A program made the position numbers and the translations under genes. From NCBI GenBank assembly GCA_017408635.1, contig JAFQUH010000006.1, positions 2,903 to 66,902 of the forward strand: a DNA stretch of 64,000 bases, given 5' to 3'. Under the pieces are notes generated by a model. The model had not been told where the DNA came from, did not search any database, and saw only the letters and a list, made by a program, of their open reading frames with translations. Below, piece after piece: positions 21,302 to 30,080 of this stretch (positions are counted from its first letter, which is position 1; each line of letters begins with the position of its first letter). The DNA is from Ruminiclostridium sp. GTDB lineage: Bacteria; Bacillota; Clostridia; Oscillospirales; Ruminococcaceae.

Positions 21302-21440
21302 GAAATTTGTCTTTGGCAAATTTCAGTGATATCGTGCCTTCGGCACGGTGATATCGAAACCTTTGGTTTCGGTGAAATCCGTCAGCGACGGATGAAATAT
21401 TTGCCTGCGGCAAATGTTAAGGTATCCGACTTCGTCGGAT
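21302..21440. repeat. array of six tandem short hairpins (REP-like) downstream of citrate synthase
   Basis: Six hairpins:
- H1 21302-21324: GAAATTTG/CAAATTTC
- H2 21328-21355: GATATCGTGCC/GGCACG(gt)GATATC
- H3 21355-21371: CGAAACC-ttt-GGTTTCG
- H4 21377-21393: ATCCGTC-agc-GACGGAT
- H5 21399-21415: ATTTGCC-tgc-GGCAAAT
- H6 21424-21440: ATCCGAC-ttc-GTCGGAT. Confidence 0.85.
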
Positions 21441-21448
21441 GAGATTAT

Positions 21449-21483
21449 AAAAGGCGTTCAGATTTTCTGAACGCCTTGTTTGT
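21449..21483. terminator. intrinsic terminator shared by the convergent gltA and lipoprotein genes
   Basis: AAGGCGTTCAG-atttt-CTGAACGCCTT followed by gtttgt. Confidence 0.75.
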
Positions 21484-21539
21484 ATATATGGATGTGACGC
21501 TGAATTGAAATCAGGTGCTTCGTTAGGCTACCACGTGAT

Positions 21540-22058
21540 TTATGACACGTCAAATTCAGCAGACAAATGTCCTTTTACTATTTTGTATTCTCCGGGCTGT
21601 AATGGTAAATCGAAATATTTTTCCAGCTCGATCTTTTTTGTAACGGTTTCACCCGGGTTAAGAACGCCTGCCAATGCAGGGAAGTTGGGAGCGGAGCCGT
21701 TTTCGTCAGGCTTGAAGTCGATTCTTTTCCATTCTCCGTTTTCCTTTCTGTGTAAGGAAAACTCGTAAGCCTCGTAACCACTTTCACTCTCACCCTGATT
21801 TGTAATGATAAGGTTTATTACCTTTACAGCAGGTGAATATGTGGAAAATTCCGTGGTCATTACCATGCGGTCTGCTTTATCAGACGGTAATGACTCATCC
21901 TGTGCGGAGCTTTCGTAGGAAGCTGTTCCCGCCTGGCTCGTTATTTGTCCGGATTCTGCCTGATTTGGTGACGGATCTGTGGTCTGGTCTTTGTTGCTGC
22001 TACAGGAACAAAGCGTCAGCAATGTCAGAAACAGCAACGTGATTAAAGTTTTTTTCAT
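21540..22058 (-). CDS. putative lipoprotein of unknown function
   Basis: MKKTLITLLFLTLLTLCSCSS signal/lipobox, a Ser/Thr/Gln-rich linker, then a ~110-aa beta-rich domain. Confidence 0.7.
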   Translation of the reverse strand: MKKTLITLLFLTLLTLCSCSSNKDQTTDPSPNQAESGQITSQAGTASYESSAQDESLPSDKADRMVMTTEFSTYSPAVKVINLIITNQGESESGYEAYEFSLHRKENGEWKRIDFKPDENGSAPNFPALAGVLNPGETVTKKIELEKYFDLPLQPGEYKIVKGHLSAEFDVS

Positions 22059-22229
22059 TTGATTGTACCTCCTGATTGTATTGTATCATAGGGTATATTG
22101 TATTGTCAATATACACATTACACAAGCATATTTGCACAAATTTGGCAACAATGTCTATACTACGGATCGTTGTTGATAACTTGATGAATCAAACTCTATG
22201 TAATCGTTTAACTTTTTTTGAAAAAACTA

Positions 22230-22258
22230 TAGACAAAGCGTTTTTTATGTGTTAAAAT
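22230..22258 (+). promoter_or_regulatory. possible sigma-A promoter for the isomerase-like gene
   Basis: TAGACA-17 nt-TAAAAT with a TGt extended -10. Confidence 0.4.
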
Positions 22259-22309
22259 AAAAATGATAAGGGCTTTTAAGCCCCACAGACAGAAAGGAAA
22301 ATAAATGCT

Positions 22310-23797
22310 ATGAAGAACATTCCCGTAGTTAAACTCGGTATTGCGGCAGTAAGCCGTGACTGTTTCCCTATGAGCCTTTCCGCACAGAGATGTGATGCTG
22401 TAGTAAAGGCTGCAAAGGACAAGGGACTTGACATTTTCAAATGTCCCACAACAATCGAAAGTGAAACACATATGATGCAGGCTTTAAAGGAGCTTAAGGA
22501 CGCCGGCTGCAACGCTCTCGTTGTATACCTCGGCAACTTCGGTCCCGAATCTGCTGAAACTCTCCTTGCAAAGTACTTTGACGGTCCTGCGATGTTCGTT
22601 GCGGCTGCTGAAGAAACAGGCGACAATTTAGTAGGCGGCAGAGGCGACGCATACTGTGGCGTACTCAATGCAAGCTACAACCTCGCACTCCGCAACATCA
22701 ATGCTTACATCCCCGAATATCCCGTAGGCACAGCGGAAGAGGTTGCTGATATGATCATCGACTTCGTTCCCGTTGCAAGAGCTATCATCGGTCTTAAGAA
22801 CTTAAAGGTTATCACCTTCGGTCCTCGTCCTCAGGACTTCCTTGCTTGTAACGCTCCTATAAAGCAGCTTTACAATCTCGGTATCGAAATCGAAGAAAAC
22901 TCCGAGCTTGACCTTTATGCCGCATTCAATGAGCATAAGGACGATCCCAGAATTCCCGAAGTTGTTGCAGATATGGAAAAGGAGCTGGCAGGCGGCAACA
23001 AGATGCCCGGCATCCTCCCCAGACTCGCACAGCTTGAAATCACACTTCTTGACTGGATGGAAGAACACAAGGGTAGCCGTGAATACGTAGTATTCGCTAA
23101 CAAGTGCTGGCCTTCATTCCAGACACAGTTCGGTTGTGTACCCTGCTACGTAAACTCCAGACTTACAGCAAGAGGCATCCCCGTATCCTGCGAGGTTGAT
23201 ATCTACGGTGCAGTAAGCGAATACATAGGCACCTGCATCACAGGTGACGTTGTTACCTTACTCGACATCAACAACTCTGTTCCTGCCGATATGTACAACG
23301 AGTCCATCAAGGGCAAGTTCGACTATACTTTAAAGGATACATTCATGGGCTTCCACTGCGGTAACACTGCTTCCTGCAAGCTGACAAGCTCCACAATGAA
23401 GTATCAGCTCATCATGCACAGAGGTCTTGAGCCCAACAAGGAACCCGACATCACAAGAGGTACGCTTGAAGGCGACATCATCCCCGGTGATATTACCTTC
23501 TTCCGTCTGCAGTCTACTGCTGACGCACAGCTCCGTGCATATGTGGCACAGGGCGAGGTTCTCCCCGTTGCAACTCGTAGCTTCGGCGGTATCGGTGTAT
23601 TTGCAATCCCTGAAATGGGCAGATTCTACCGCAACGTTCTTATCAAGAAGAACTATCCTCACCACGGTGCAGTTGCCTTCGGTCACTACGGCAAGGCTAT
23701 CTTCGACGTACTGAAGTACCTGGGCGTAGAAGACGTAGAATTCAACCGTCCCAAGGGTGTTCTTTACGACGGTGAAAACCCCTACGCAAAATATTGA
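22310..23797 (+). CDS. L-fucose/L-arabinose isomerase-family protein (assignment by recollection of family features, not searched)
   Basis: 495-aa soluble protein. The N-terminal flavodoxin-like segment (VKLGIAAVSRDCFP...ALVVYLGNFGPE) and overall length fit the FucI/AraA superfamily. No kinase or transporter is adjacent. Confidence 0.55.
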   Translation: MKNIPVVKLGIAAVSRDCFPMSLSAQRCDAVVKAAKDKGLDIFKCPTTIESETHMMQALKELKDAGCNALVVYLGNFGPESAETLLAKYFDGPAMFVAAAEETGDNLVGGRGDAYCGVLNASYNLALRNINAYIPEYPVGTAEEVADMIIDFVPVARAIIGLKNLKVITFGPRPQDFLACNAPIKQLYNLGIEIEENSELDLYAAFNEHKDDPRIPEVVADMEKELAGGNKMPGILPRLAQLEITLLDWMEEHKGSREYVVFANKCWPSFQTQFGCVPCYVNSRLTARGIPVSCEVDIYGAVSEYIGTCITGDVVTLLDINNSVPADMYNESIKGKFDYTLKDTFMGFHCGNTASCKLTSSTMKYQLIMHRGLEPNKEPDITRGTLEGDIIPGDITFFRLQSTADAQLRAYVAQGEVLPVATRSFGGIGVFAIPEMGRFYRNVLIKKNYPHHGAVAFGHYGKAIFDVLKYLGVEDVEFNRPKGVLYDGENPYAKY

Positions 23798-23894
23798 TGA
23801 ACGCATGGCGTTCAGCAAATTCCGCCTTTTAGTATCTTGGCGGGCAACGTAGCCTTGTGAACGGCGGGGCTACAAAACAGATATAAGTTATATG

Positions 23895-23926
23895 CGGGCG
23901 ACTTTAAGTCGCCCGTTGATTTTTTG
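23895..23926 (+). terminator. intrinsic terminator of the isomerase-like gene
   Basis: CGGGCGACT-tta-AGTCGCCCG followed by ttgaTTTTTT. Confidence 0.8.
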
Positions 23927-23941
23927 GAGAATAGATTGGGG

Positions 23942-24110
23942 TTTGTCGGGGTTACACCGTAAGGAGAAGGCTTTATGGTGCAAATCCGCATTGTCGTGGG
24001 AAATTAAAGGCTTCTCCCTCGGGAGAAGCTGTCACCGAAGGTGACTGATGAGGGGTATGCTCCCGAATTCAAACCGCCCGTCGAACCCCATTTTATCACA
24101 TTTCAACAAT
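23942..24110 (+). repeat. intergenic repeat R1 (related to R2 at 33724-33810)
   Basis: Shares TTTGTCGGGG and TGAGGGGTATGCT.C..AATTCAAA.CG...AACC with R2. It also contains mutually exclusive helices GGAGAAG (23963) / CTTCTCC (24011) / GGAGAAG (24022). Confidence 0.75.
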
Positions 24111-24140
24111 TTCCTATCGTTTTTTTGTTTACTTTACTAC

Positions 24141-24169
24141 TTGAAACGGAATATTCTGCGGGATATAAT
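24141..24169 (+). promoter_or_regulatory. sigma-A promoter for the 24193 lipoprotein gene
   Basis: TTGAAA-17 nt-TATAAT. Confidence 0.6.
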
Positions 24170-24192
24170 AAAAGAAAAAAGGAGGTCACGTT

Positions 24193-25119
24193 ATGAAAAA
24201 AGTTATTGTAATTCTGCTTTCAGCCTTTATTCTGCTGACCGCTACCGCCTGTGAGAACGAAAATTCCACAATAGCGCAGGAAAGCGAAAGCAGTATCGTA
24301 GCATCGACCGAGGATCTCTCACAGTATGAGATTATTGAGGAAAACGGCTCGCTTACTCTTAAAATTACAGAATTCACCGACGACGGTTTCAAGGCAATGA
24401 ATGACGTGCCCGATTCCCGTGAGGATGAATATACCGTTATCTGCTCATCTGCTGATAAAAAAGAACTTTGCGTAGAGGATTACGTGGGCTTTGAATATGA
24501 AAAGCTCTATAAAGCGGAGGATGGCGTTTATATTGCCGTTTCAAAGGAAGGTAGCTTTTATGTCAGCGGTCCTGTTTCAAAGCCTGTAATATATCTTTAT
24601 CCCGAGGAAAAGACGGAGGTGTCGGTTGAGCTTGACTTTAACGGCACTCTTATGGCAACCTACCCTGAGTATAATAACGGCTGGCAGGTAACTGCAATGC
24701 CTGACGGAACGCTTTTTGACAAGGACGGCAACGAATATTCCTATATCTTCTGGGATGGTATCAGCAGTATAGAATATGACTTCAGCAAGGGCTTTTGCGT
24801 AAAGGGTGAGGACACCGCAGAGTTTTTAAGGGAAAGCCTTAAAAAGCTGGGACTTACCCCAAGAGAATATAACGAATTTATCGTATACTGGTTACCTCTT
24901 ATGCAGAGCAATAAGTATAACGTTATCTCCTTCCAGACGGACAGATACACGGATAATGCCCTTTTAAACGTCACTCCCTCACCTGATACGGTAATCAGGG
25001 TATATATGGCGTATTACGGAAGTGACGAATACGTGGATATTCCACCCCAGGAGCTATCTGCACCGGAGCGTGACGGCTTTACCCTTATCGAATGGGGCGG
25101 CAGCAAGGTCAGAAAATAA
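24193..25119 (+). CDS. secreted protein/lipoprotein of unknown function
   Basis: MKKVIVILLSAFILLTATACENE signal with Cys, GGAGG SD. No family recognised. Confidence 0.7.
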   Translation: MKKVIVILLSAFILLTATACENENSTIAQESESSIVASTEDLSQYEIIEENGSLTLKITEFTDDGFKAMNDVPDSREDEYTVICSSADKKELCVEDYVGFEYEKLYKAEDGVYIAVSKEGSFYVSGPVSKPVIYLYPEEKTEVSVELDFNGTLMATYPEYNNGWQVTAMPDGTLFDKDGNEYSYIFWDGISSIEYDFSKGFCVKGEDTAEFLRESLKKLGLTPREYNEFIVYWLPLMQSNKYNVISFQTDRYTDNALLNVTPSPDTVIRVYMAYYGSDEYVDIPPQELSAPERDGFTLIEWGGSKVRK

Positions 25120-25147
25120 CGAAAATATTTTAGTGGCAGTAAATTTT

Positions 25148-25185
25148 CAGTCCTGCGATTTCATATCGTGGGACTGATTTTTATT
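25148..25185 (+). terminator. intrinsic terminator
   Basis: TCAGTCC...GGACTGA stem followed by TTTTTATTTT. Confidence 0.7.
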
Positions 25186-25243
25186 TTCTCATAAAAAATT
25201 AATAAAAAATTTAAAAAAATACGAAAAAATTGCCGATAAAGTC

Positions 25244-25270
25244 TAAACTTAAGGGTTTTTCTGCCGATAT
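25244..25270 (+). promoter_or_regulatory. sigma-D/sigma-28 type promoter for the late flagellar operon
   Basis: TAAA-15 nt-GCCGATAT, 50 nt upstream of flgM. A second match TAAA-16 nt-GCCGATAA lies at 25212-25239. Confidence 0.7.
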
Positions 25271-25320
25271 AATAAATGTAGAAATATACGGGCAATTATG
25301 CCCTGAAGGGAGCTGACAGT

Positions 25321-25590
25321 ATGGAAATTAAGAACATCAGCAGCATAATGAATACCTATAACAAAGTGAAAATGGGCGGCAATAAGACTAAAACTGCTCC
25401 CACAGCGGCAAAGACCGATAAGGTAGAATTCAACTTTGCACGCAGTGTAGAGGCGGCAAAGTCCAATCTTGCGGCACAGCTCAATGCTGATGCCTCTGCA
25501 GACAGAGTAGATGCACTTGCCCAGGCGGTAGAGAGCGGAAGCTATCAGGTTGATCCTGAGTCCATAGTAGATTCTATCCTCATGTTCTGA
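25321..25590 (+). CDS. flgM: anti-sigma-28 factor FlgM
   Basis: 89 aa. The C-terminal RVDALAQAVESGSYQVDPESIVDSIL matches the FlgM signature. Confidence 0.85.
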   Translation: MEIKNISSIMNTYNKVKMGGNKTKTAPTAAKTDKVEFNFARSVEAAKSNLAAQLNADASADRVDALAQAVESGSYQVDPESIVDSILMF

Positions 25591-25603
25591 AAGGCGGTGT
25601 CAG

Positions 25604-26086
25604 ATGACTATTCAGTTAGCCGATGAGATAATCGCTTTTATGGAAAAGTACAACGATACCTATCGTGATATGGTAGTTTTCCTCACAGAAAAAATGGCAA
25701 AGGTAATGGATGACGATCTTTTATGGTTACTTGAATCCGTGGACGATGAGCAGGCGCTCATTATGAAGATTCAGTCCCAGGAAAACGGCCGTCTTGCATT
25801 CTTTGCCGGACTTGGTATAGACGAGAACATAAAGGTAAAGGAGCTTATAGAAAAAGCTCCCGCTGAAAGAAAAGTAAAGCTACAGATGATATACGACGAT
25901 CTGACGGGCTATATTGCAAGGATTCGCAAGCTGAACGGAGAGATCACAGAAACTGTAGAAAAGAAATTATCAGTTCAGGAAGAGCTGGTACGGGGCGCAG
26001 GGATGACAATGGCTGAAACCTATAACGGTTATGGAGCAAAGGTAAAGCGCACAACAGGCACGAAGGGTTTTATAGGAAGTGTCTGA
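25604..26086 (+). CDS. flgN: FlgN-like flagellar export chaperone
   Basis: 160-aa helical protein in the flgM-flgK slot (the position of B. subtilis yvyG). Confidence 0.65.
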   Translation: MTIQLADEIIAFMEKYNDTYRDMVVFLTEKMAKVMDDDLLWLLESVDDEQALIMKIQSQENGRLAFFAGLGIDENIKVKELIEKAPAERKVKLQMIYDDLTGYIARIRKLNGEITETVEKKLSVQEELVRGAGMTMAETYNGYGAKVKRTTGTKGFIGSV

Positions 26087-26126
26087 TTTAAACCGGTGAT
26101 ATTTCATCGGCAGGAAGGAATCACAG

Positions 26127-27689
26127 ATGAGAGCATCTTTTTTAGGACTTGAAGTACAGAAGCGTTCTGTACAGATGGCTCAGAAGGGCCTTGATATAAC
26201 GGGTAACAACCTGTCCAATGCCAATACGGAGGGTTACGTAAGACAAAGACTCGACGTATATGCCGAATATGCAAATATGAGAGGCTCATACCTCACAAAA
26301 ACTGCAAGGCTCGGTCTTTCAGGTCAGGGCGTATTCGCCAGCGGCGTAAGTCAGGCGAGAGATGATTATTTAGACAAGCGCTTCAGAGATAATAACTGCT
26401 ATGTAGCGGAATTTGATCAGAAGGCGGCTATAATGGAAGAGGTCGAAACGGTTTTCACAAACTTCTCCGACACCTTCGACGATATGGGTATGGCGGTACA
26501 GTTCGATAACCTCAAATCCGCACTCCGTAAGTACGCCGAGGACTCTCCCGACAGAGAAGAGCTTGCCAGCCTTGTAAGAAACCAGTGCTACAACATCACA
26601 AAGCTGTTCAATCAGCAGCATATGGATTTAGAGGCTCTTGAGGAGCAGACGATATACGATCTTCATTGTACGCTTGAGGATGCAAACTCACTCATTCAGG
26701 AGATCGTTGAATATAACCGTGAGATAGTAGACGACTATTCGGTACTTGCGGCAGATAACATCTATAACGGCATATCGGTAACAGGCGGCTACGGACCTAA
26801 CGAGCTGCTTGATGCAAGAAACGTACTGATAGACAGATTATCCGAGCTTGGCGATATCCACGTTGAGGATAACTTCGACGGCTCTGTAAAGATCACGATG
26901 GGCGGAGTTACGATAGTAGACGGTAAGAAAAGCACCATCTTCGTAACCAACAGCACCTACGAAGAATTCAGAGATAAGTTCTATGAAAACAAATGCACGA
27001 TGCTGAAGTTCACCGACGGTACAATGGCAGACCTCGGTAGCGGAAGCATAAAGGCATATAACGATATGTTAAACGGTAACGGCCCCTACTCCACAGGCGG
27101 CGGACAGAATACCGAATACGGCATATCCTACTATAAGAGAGCGTTAAACGAATTTGCAGGCTCCTTTGCAAACCTTATGAACAGACTCAACGGCATAGAG
27201 CATGGCGAAGAAAGAGCGATGTTCTCTGCAACCGGCGGCGGAGATATAGACGCCTCCAACATCCGTATATCTGATTCCTGGCTTAAGGAAGCGACAATGA
27301 TTGCAAAGATATACAACGAGGAAACCGGTGAATACGACTTCCCCGTAAACCTTGACGGTGACGCAGTAAACCAGCTTTTACTCGGTATGGACGATCCCGT
27401 AACGATAGGCGAAAGCGACTATTACGGCTCCACCTACGATTTCGTTCTGTTCTTAAACAACAGACTGGCACAGAATATCGAATTCACAAATAAGCAATGT
27501 GAAATGTACACCGAAACAACAACCTCCCTGCTCAACAGCAGAGATGCGATAATGGGCGTATCCGATACAGAAGAAGGCGTTAATATGCTGAACTACTCCA
27601 AGTGGTTCAATGCAAGCTCAAGAATGCTTACCACTCTTGACGAGGCGCTGGATACCATTATCAGCAAGATGGGACTTGTAGGAAGATAA
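26127..27689 (+). CDS. flgK: flagellar hook-associated protein 1 FlgK
   Basis: MRASFLGLEVQKRSVQMAQKGLDITGNNLSNANTEGYVRQ... plus a conserved C-terminal helix. Confidence 0.92.
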   Translation: MRASFLGLEVQKRSVQMAQKGLDITGNNLSNANTEGYVRQRLDVYAEYANMRGSYLTKTARLGLSGQGVFASGVSQARDDYLDKRFRDNNCYVAEFDQKAAIMEEVETVFTNFSDTFDDMGMAVQFDNLKSALRKYAEDSPDREELASLVRNQCYNITKLFNQQHMDLEALEEQTIYDLHCTLEDANSLIQEIVEYNREIVDDYSVLAADNIYNGISVTGGYGPNELLDARNVLIDRLSELGDIHVEDNFDGSVKITMGGVTIVDGKKSTIFVTNSTYEEFRDKFYENKCTMLKFTDGTMADLGSGSIKAYNDMLNGNGPYSTGGGQNTEYGISYYKRALNEFAGSFANLMNRLNGIEHGEERAMFSATGGGDIDASNIRISDSWLKEATMIAKIYNEETGEYDFPVNLDGDAVNQLLLGMDDPVTIGESDYYGSTYDFVLFLNNRLAQNIEFTNKQCEMYTETTTSLLNSRDAIMGVSDTEEGVNMLNYSKWFNASSRMLTTLDEALDTIISKMGLVGR

Positions 27690-27709
27690 CAGAAAGGACT
27701 GATAGATAA

Positions 27710-28708
27710 ATGAGAGTAACCCAGAGCATGACAAACAGAAATTATCTGTCACATCTCAATTCTGCACTCGAAAGAAAGAATGCTTCCGAGCGTAAGATAA
27801 ATTCCACAAGAAAATACAACAGAGCAAGTGAAGATCCTATCGCAGCGGCAAAGGCAATGAGAGTAAGAAAGGCTATCGCCAATACCGATCATTACCTTGA
27901 TAACCTTGATACCGCAGAGCAGATATATTTAGCTGCCGACACGGCTATCTTCAATATGGTAGATATCATTGATACCATCGCAGAAAAGGTAACCTACGCC
28001 GCTAACGGTACTCAGGGACCTACCGAAGAAGAAATTCTCGCTACAACGATAGAAACCTTTGCCGACGAGCTGGTAAGAACGCTCAATATCGACGTTGCCG
28101 AAAGACGACTCTTCGGCGGTGTTTATAACGGCATGGACGTTTTCAGAATTGAAAAGGGACTTGACGGAAAAGCCGTTGTAAAGTATAATGAAGTTGATAT
28201 AAACTCACTAAACGATTATAACGAGTTTCCTTTTTCCGAATCCTCCTTCACCGATATCGGTATCGGTATGATGGTTGACGAGGAAACAGGCAGAATCGAT
28301 CCCCAGTCGGCACTCCCCGTAACAATGAACGGTGCATGGGTGACAGGCTGTGGTACGGATGAAGACGGATATCCCAGGAATATCATCCAGCTTACGCTTG
28401 ATGTAGCTCAGGTAATAAGAGAGGGCGACAAGATAAAGGCTATGGATTATCTTAACAAGATAAGAGAATCCCAGACCAGCGTAAGTATTGCCCACGCAGA
28501 AATAGGTAATAAGGAAGAATATATAGAGTACAACAAGAACAGACTCACCACCAACAAGGAAAACCTTCTCGAACAGCAGAACAACCTTGAAGGTACCGAT
28601 ATGGGTGAGGAATCCACCAACTGGAAGACTCTTGAAGCTATATACAATATGTCGCTTCAGATGGCGACCTCGGTTATCCCGATGTCGATATTCGATTTTC
28701 TTCAGTAA
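27710..28708 (+). CDS. flgL: flagellar hook-associated protein 3 FlgL
   Basis: MRVTQSMTNRNYLSHLNSA...ASEDPIAAAKAM... is a flagellin-N-like domain. Position after flgK. Confidence 0.9.
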   Translation: MRVTQSMTNRNYLSHLNSALERKNASERKINSTRKYNRASEDPIAAAKAMRVRKAIANTDHYLDNLDTAEQIYLAADTAIFNMVDIIDTIAEKVTYAANGTQGPTEEEILATTIETFADELVRTLNIDVAERRLFGGVYNGMDVFRIEKGLDGKAVVKYNEVDINSLNDYNEFPFSESSFTDIGIGMMVDEETGRIDPQSALPVTMNGAWVTGCGTDEDGYPRNIIQLTLDVAQVIREGDKIKAMDYLNKIRESQTSVSIAHAEIGNKEEYIEYNKNRLTTNKENLLEQQNNLEGTDMGEESTNWKTLEAIYNMSLQMATSVIPMSIFDFLQ

Positions 28709-28739
28709 ATAAATCAAATAAAATAGGGAGGGAAAAGAA

Positions 28740-29360
28740 ATGAATCCTAATCTGCTTAAAATAACAAGTATTCCGATAAGTATCGAGGTCAACGTGACCA
28801 ACGGCTCTCTTAAGGCGCCTGAAAATAAAGAGCCTTTAAGAGTAGATATCAGCACCACACCCGGCGGCTTCAGAATGCAGTCACAGCCTGCACAGATAAA
28901 GGTTGACTCCTATGAGGTACGTGCAAGCATGGGCTACGGCGAATACAACGCCGGCGACTTCAATCAGAAGGAAGCTGACAAGGGCTGGAAGATTGCTTAT
29001 CAGGGTGTTGCAAGAATCATTGACGAAGGAAACCAGCTGGCAAGAGGCGTTTCCCCTTCAGCTATTGCGGCACAGCAGATGAGAGCAGGCGCTTCCATCG
29101 AAACAATTACAGAATTCTTACCCAAGGGTATTCCCGACGTTTCCTTTGACAAGGGCAAGTTAAGTCTTAACTATACACCCTCCGACGTAAACATCGACTG
29201 GGAAAACCTTATGGCATCTCCCGTAGAATTCGTACCCGGTAATATTGAATTCATCATCAAGGAAAAGGCAAGAGTAGAGATCGAATACACAGGCGGTCCC
29301 ATCTACGTTCCCGCAAGTGCAGATCCCAACTACGAGCCCAAGTTTGAAGCCAAGGGCTGA
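28740..29360 (+). CDS. YviE-like (DUF6470-type) protein of late flagellar operons
   Basis: 206 aa in the flgL-fliW slot occupied by yviE in B. subtilis. The family name is from memory. Confidence 0.6.
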   Translation: MNPNLLKITSIPISIEVNVTNGSLKAPENKEPLRVDISTTPGGFRMQSQPAQIKVDSYEVRASMGYGEYNAGDFNQKEADKGWKIAYQGVARIIDEGNQLARGVSPSAIAAQQMRAGASIETITEFLPKGIPDVSFDKGKLSLNYTPSDVNIDWENLMASPVEFVPGNIEFIIKEKARVEIEYTGGPIYVPASADPNYEPKFEAKG

Positions 29361-29394
29361 TTAAAATAAACCTTAAGGAAAGGTAACAAGAGTT

Positions 29395-29835
29395 ATGATT
29401 GAAATAAACACAAGAGATTTCGGAAAAATTGAAGTAGATGAAAATAACGTTTTTACGTTTCCTTCAGGTGTTTTCGCCTTTGAAGAGTGCAGACAGTTCG
29501 CTCTGATAAGCCCTCTGGGTGACGGAGTTTACCCCATGTGGCTGCAATGTGTGGAAAGTGTTGCACCCTGCTTTATCGTATTTGATCCCCAGCTTATAGA
29601 CAGTACCTATCAGATAACTCTCAACAGCTCTGAAAGAAAGCTGCTTAAGCTCTCTGACGACAGTAAGGTAAGATGCTTATCTATAGCGGTAGTTCCCGAG
29701 GATTATAAGCAGACTACCGTAAATATGAAGTGTCCCATAGTTATAAACAGCGACGAAAGACTTGCGGCTCAGGTTATTTTACCTGAAAAGTACGAGATCC
29801 GTCAGCCGATATATCTCGAAGGAGGAAATGAGTAA
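29395..29835 (+). CDS. fliW: flagellar assembly factor FliW
   Basis: MIEINTRDFGKIEVDENNVFTFPSGVFAFEECRQFALI... TAATG overlap with csrA. Confidence 0.92.
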   Translation: MIEINTRDFGKIEVDENNVFTFPSGVFAFEECRQFALISPLGDGVYPMWLQCVESVAPCFIVFDPQLIDSTYQITLNSSERKLLKLSDDSKVRCLSIAVVPEDYKQTTVNMKCPIVINSDERLAAQVILPEKYEIRQPIYLEGGNE

Positions 29836-30059
29836 TGCTGGTAGTTACAAGAAGAACTGACGAAAGCCTTACAATTTCCGATAACATCGAAATAACGGTA
29901 CTGGAAATAACCAAGGACAGAGTCAAAATAGGAATTTCAGCTCCCAAGGACGTAAAGATAATCCGTAACGAGCTTAAGGACGCACAGGATATGAATAAGC
30001 AGTCGTCAGCGGCACTGCCTAAGGCGGCAATGGAAGCATTGCTTGGCATGAAGAAATAA
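29835..30059 (+). CDS. csrA: carbon storage regulator CsrA
   Basis: MLVVTRRTDESLTISDNIEITVLEITKDRVKIGISAPKDVKIIRNEL... Confidence 0.95.
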   Translation: MLVVTRRTDESLTISDNIEITVLEITKDRVKIGISAPKDVKIIRNELKDAQDMNKQSSAALPKAAMEALLGMKK

Positions 30060-30080
30060 TTACAGAGAGGACGAAGTACA

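Noticed and set aside
24048-24254. ORFs 24048..24254 and 33747..33935, both beginning MRGML.NS.R
   Set aside because: The shared N termini come from the R1/R2 DNA repeat (TGAGGGGTATGCT...). The similarity ends after ~20 codons, there is no SD, and both run into or over the promoter of the next gene.
28208-28858. A 216-aa minus-strand ORF opposite flgL. Others like it are 15201..15578+, 22276..22668-, 23330..23818-, 29774..30202-, 36239..36727- and 62149..62745+.
   Set aside because: Each is antisense to a confidently assigned gene, so they are most likely spurious.
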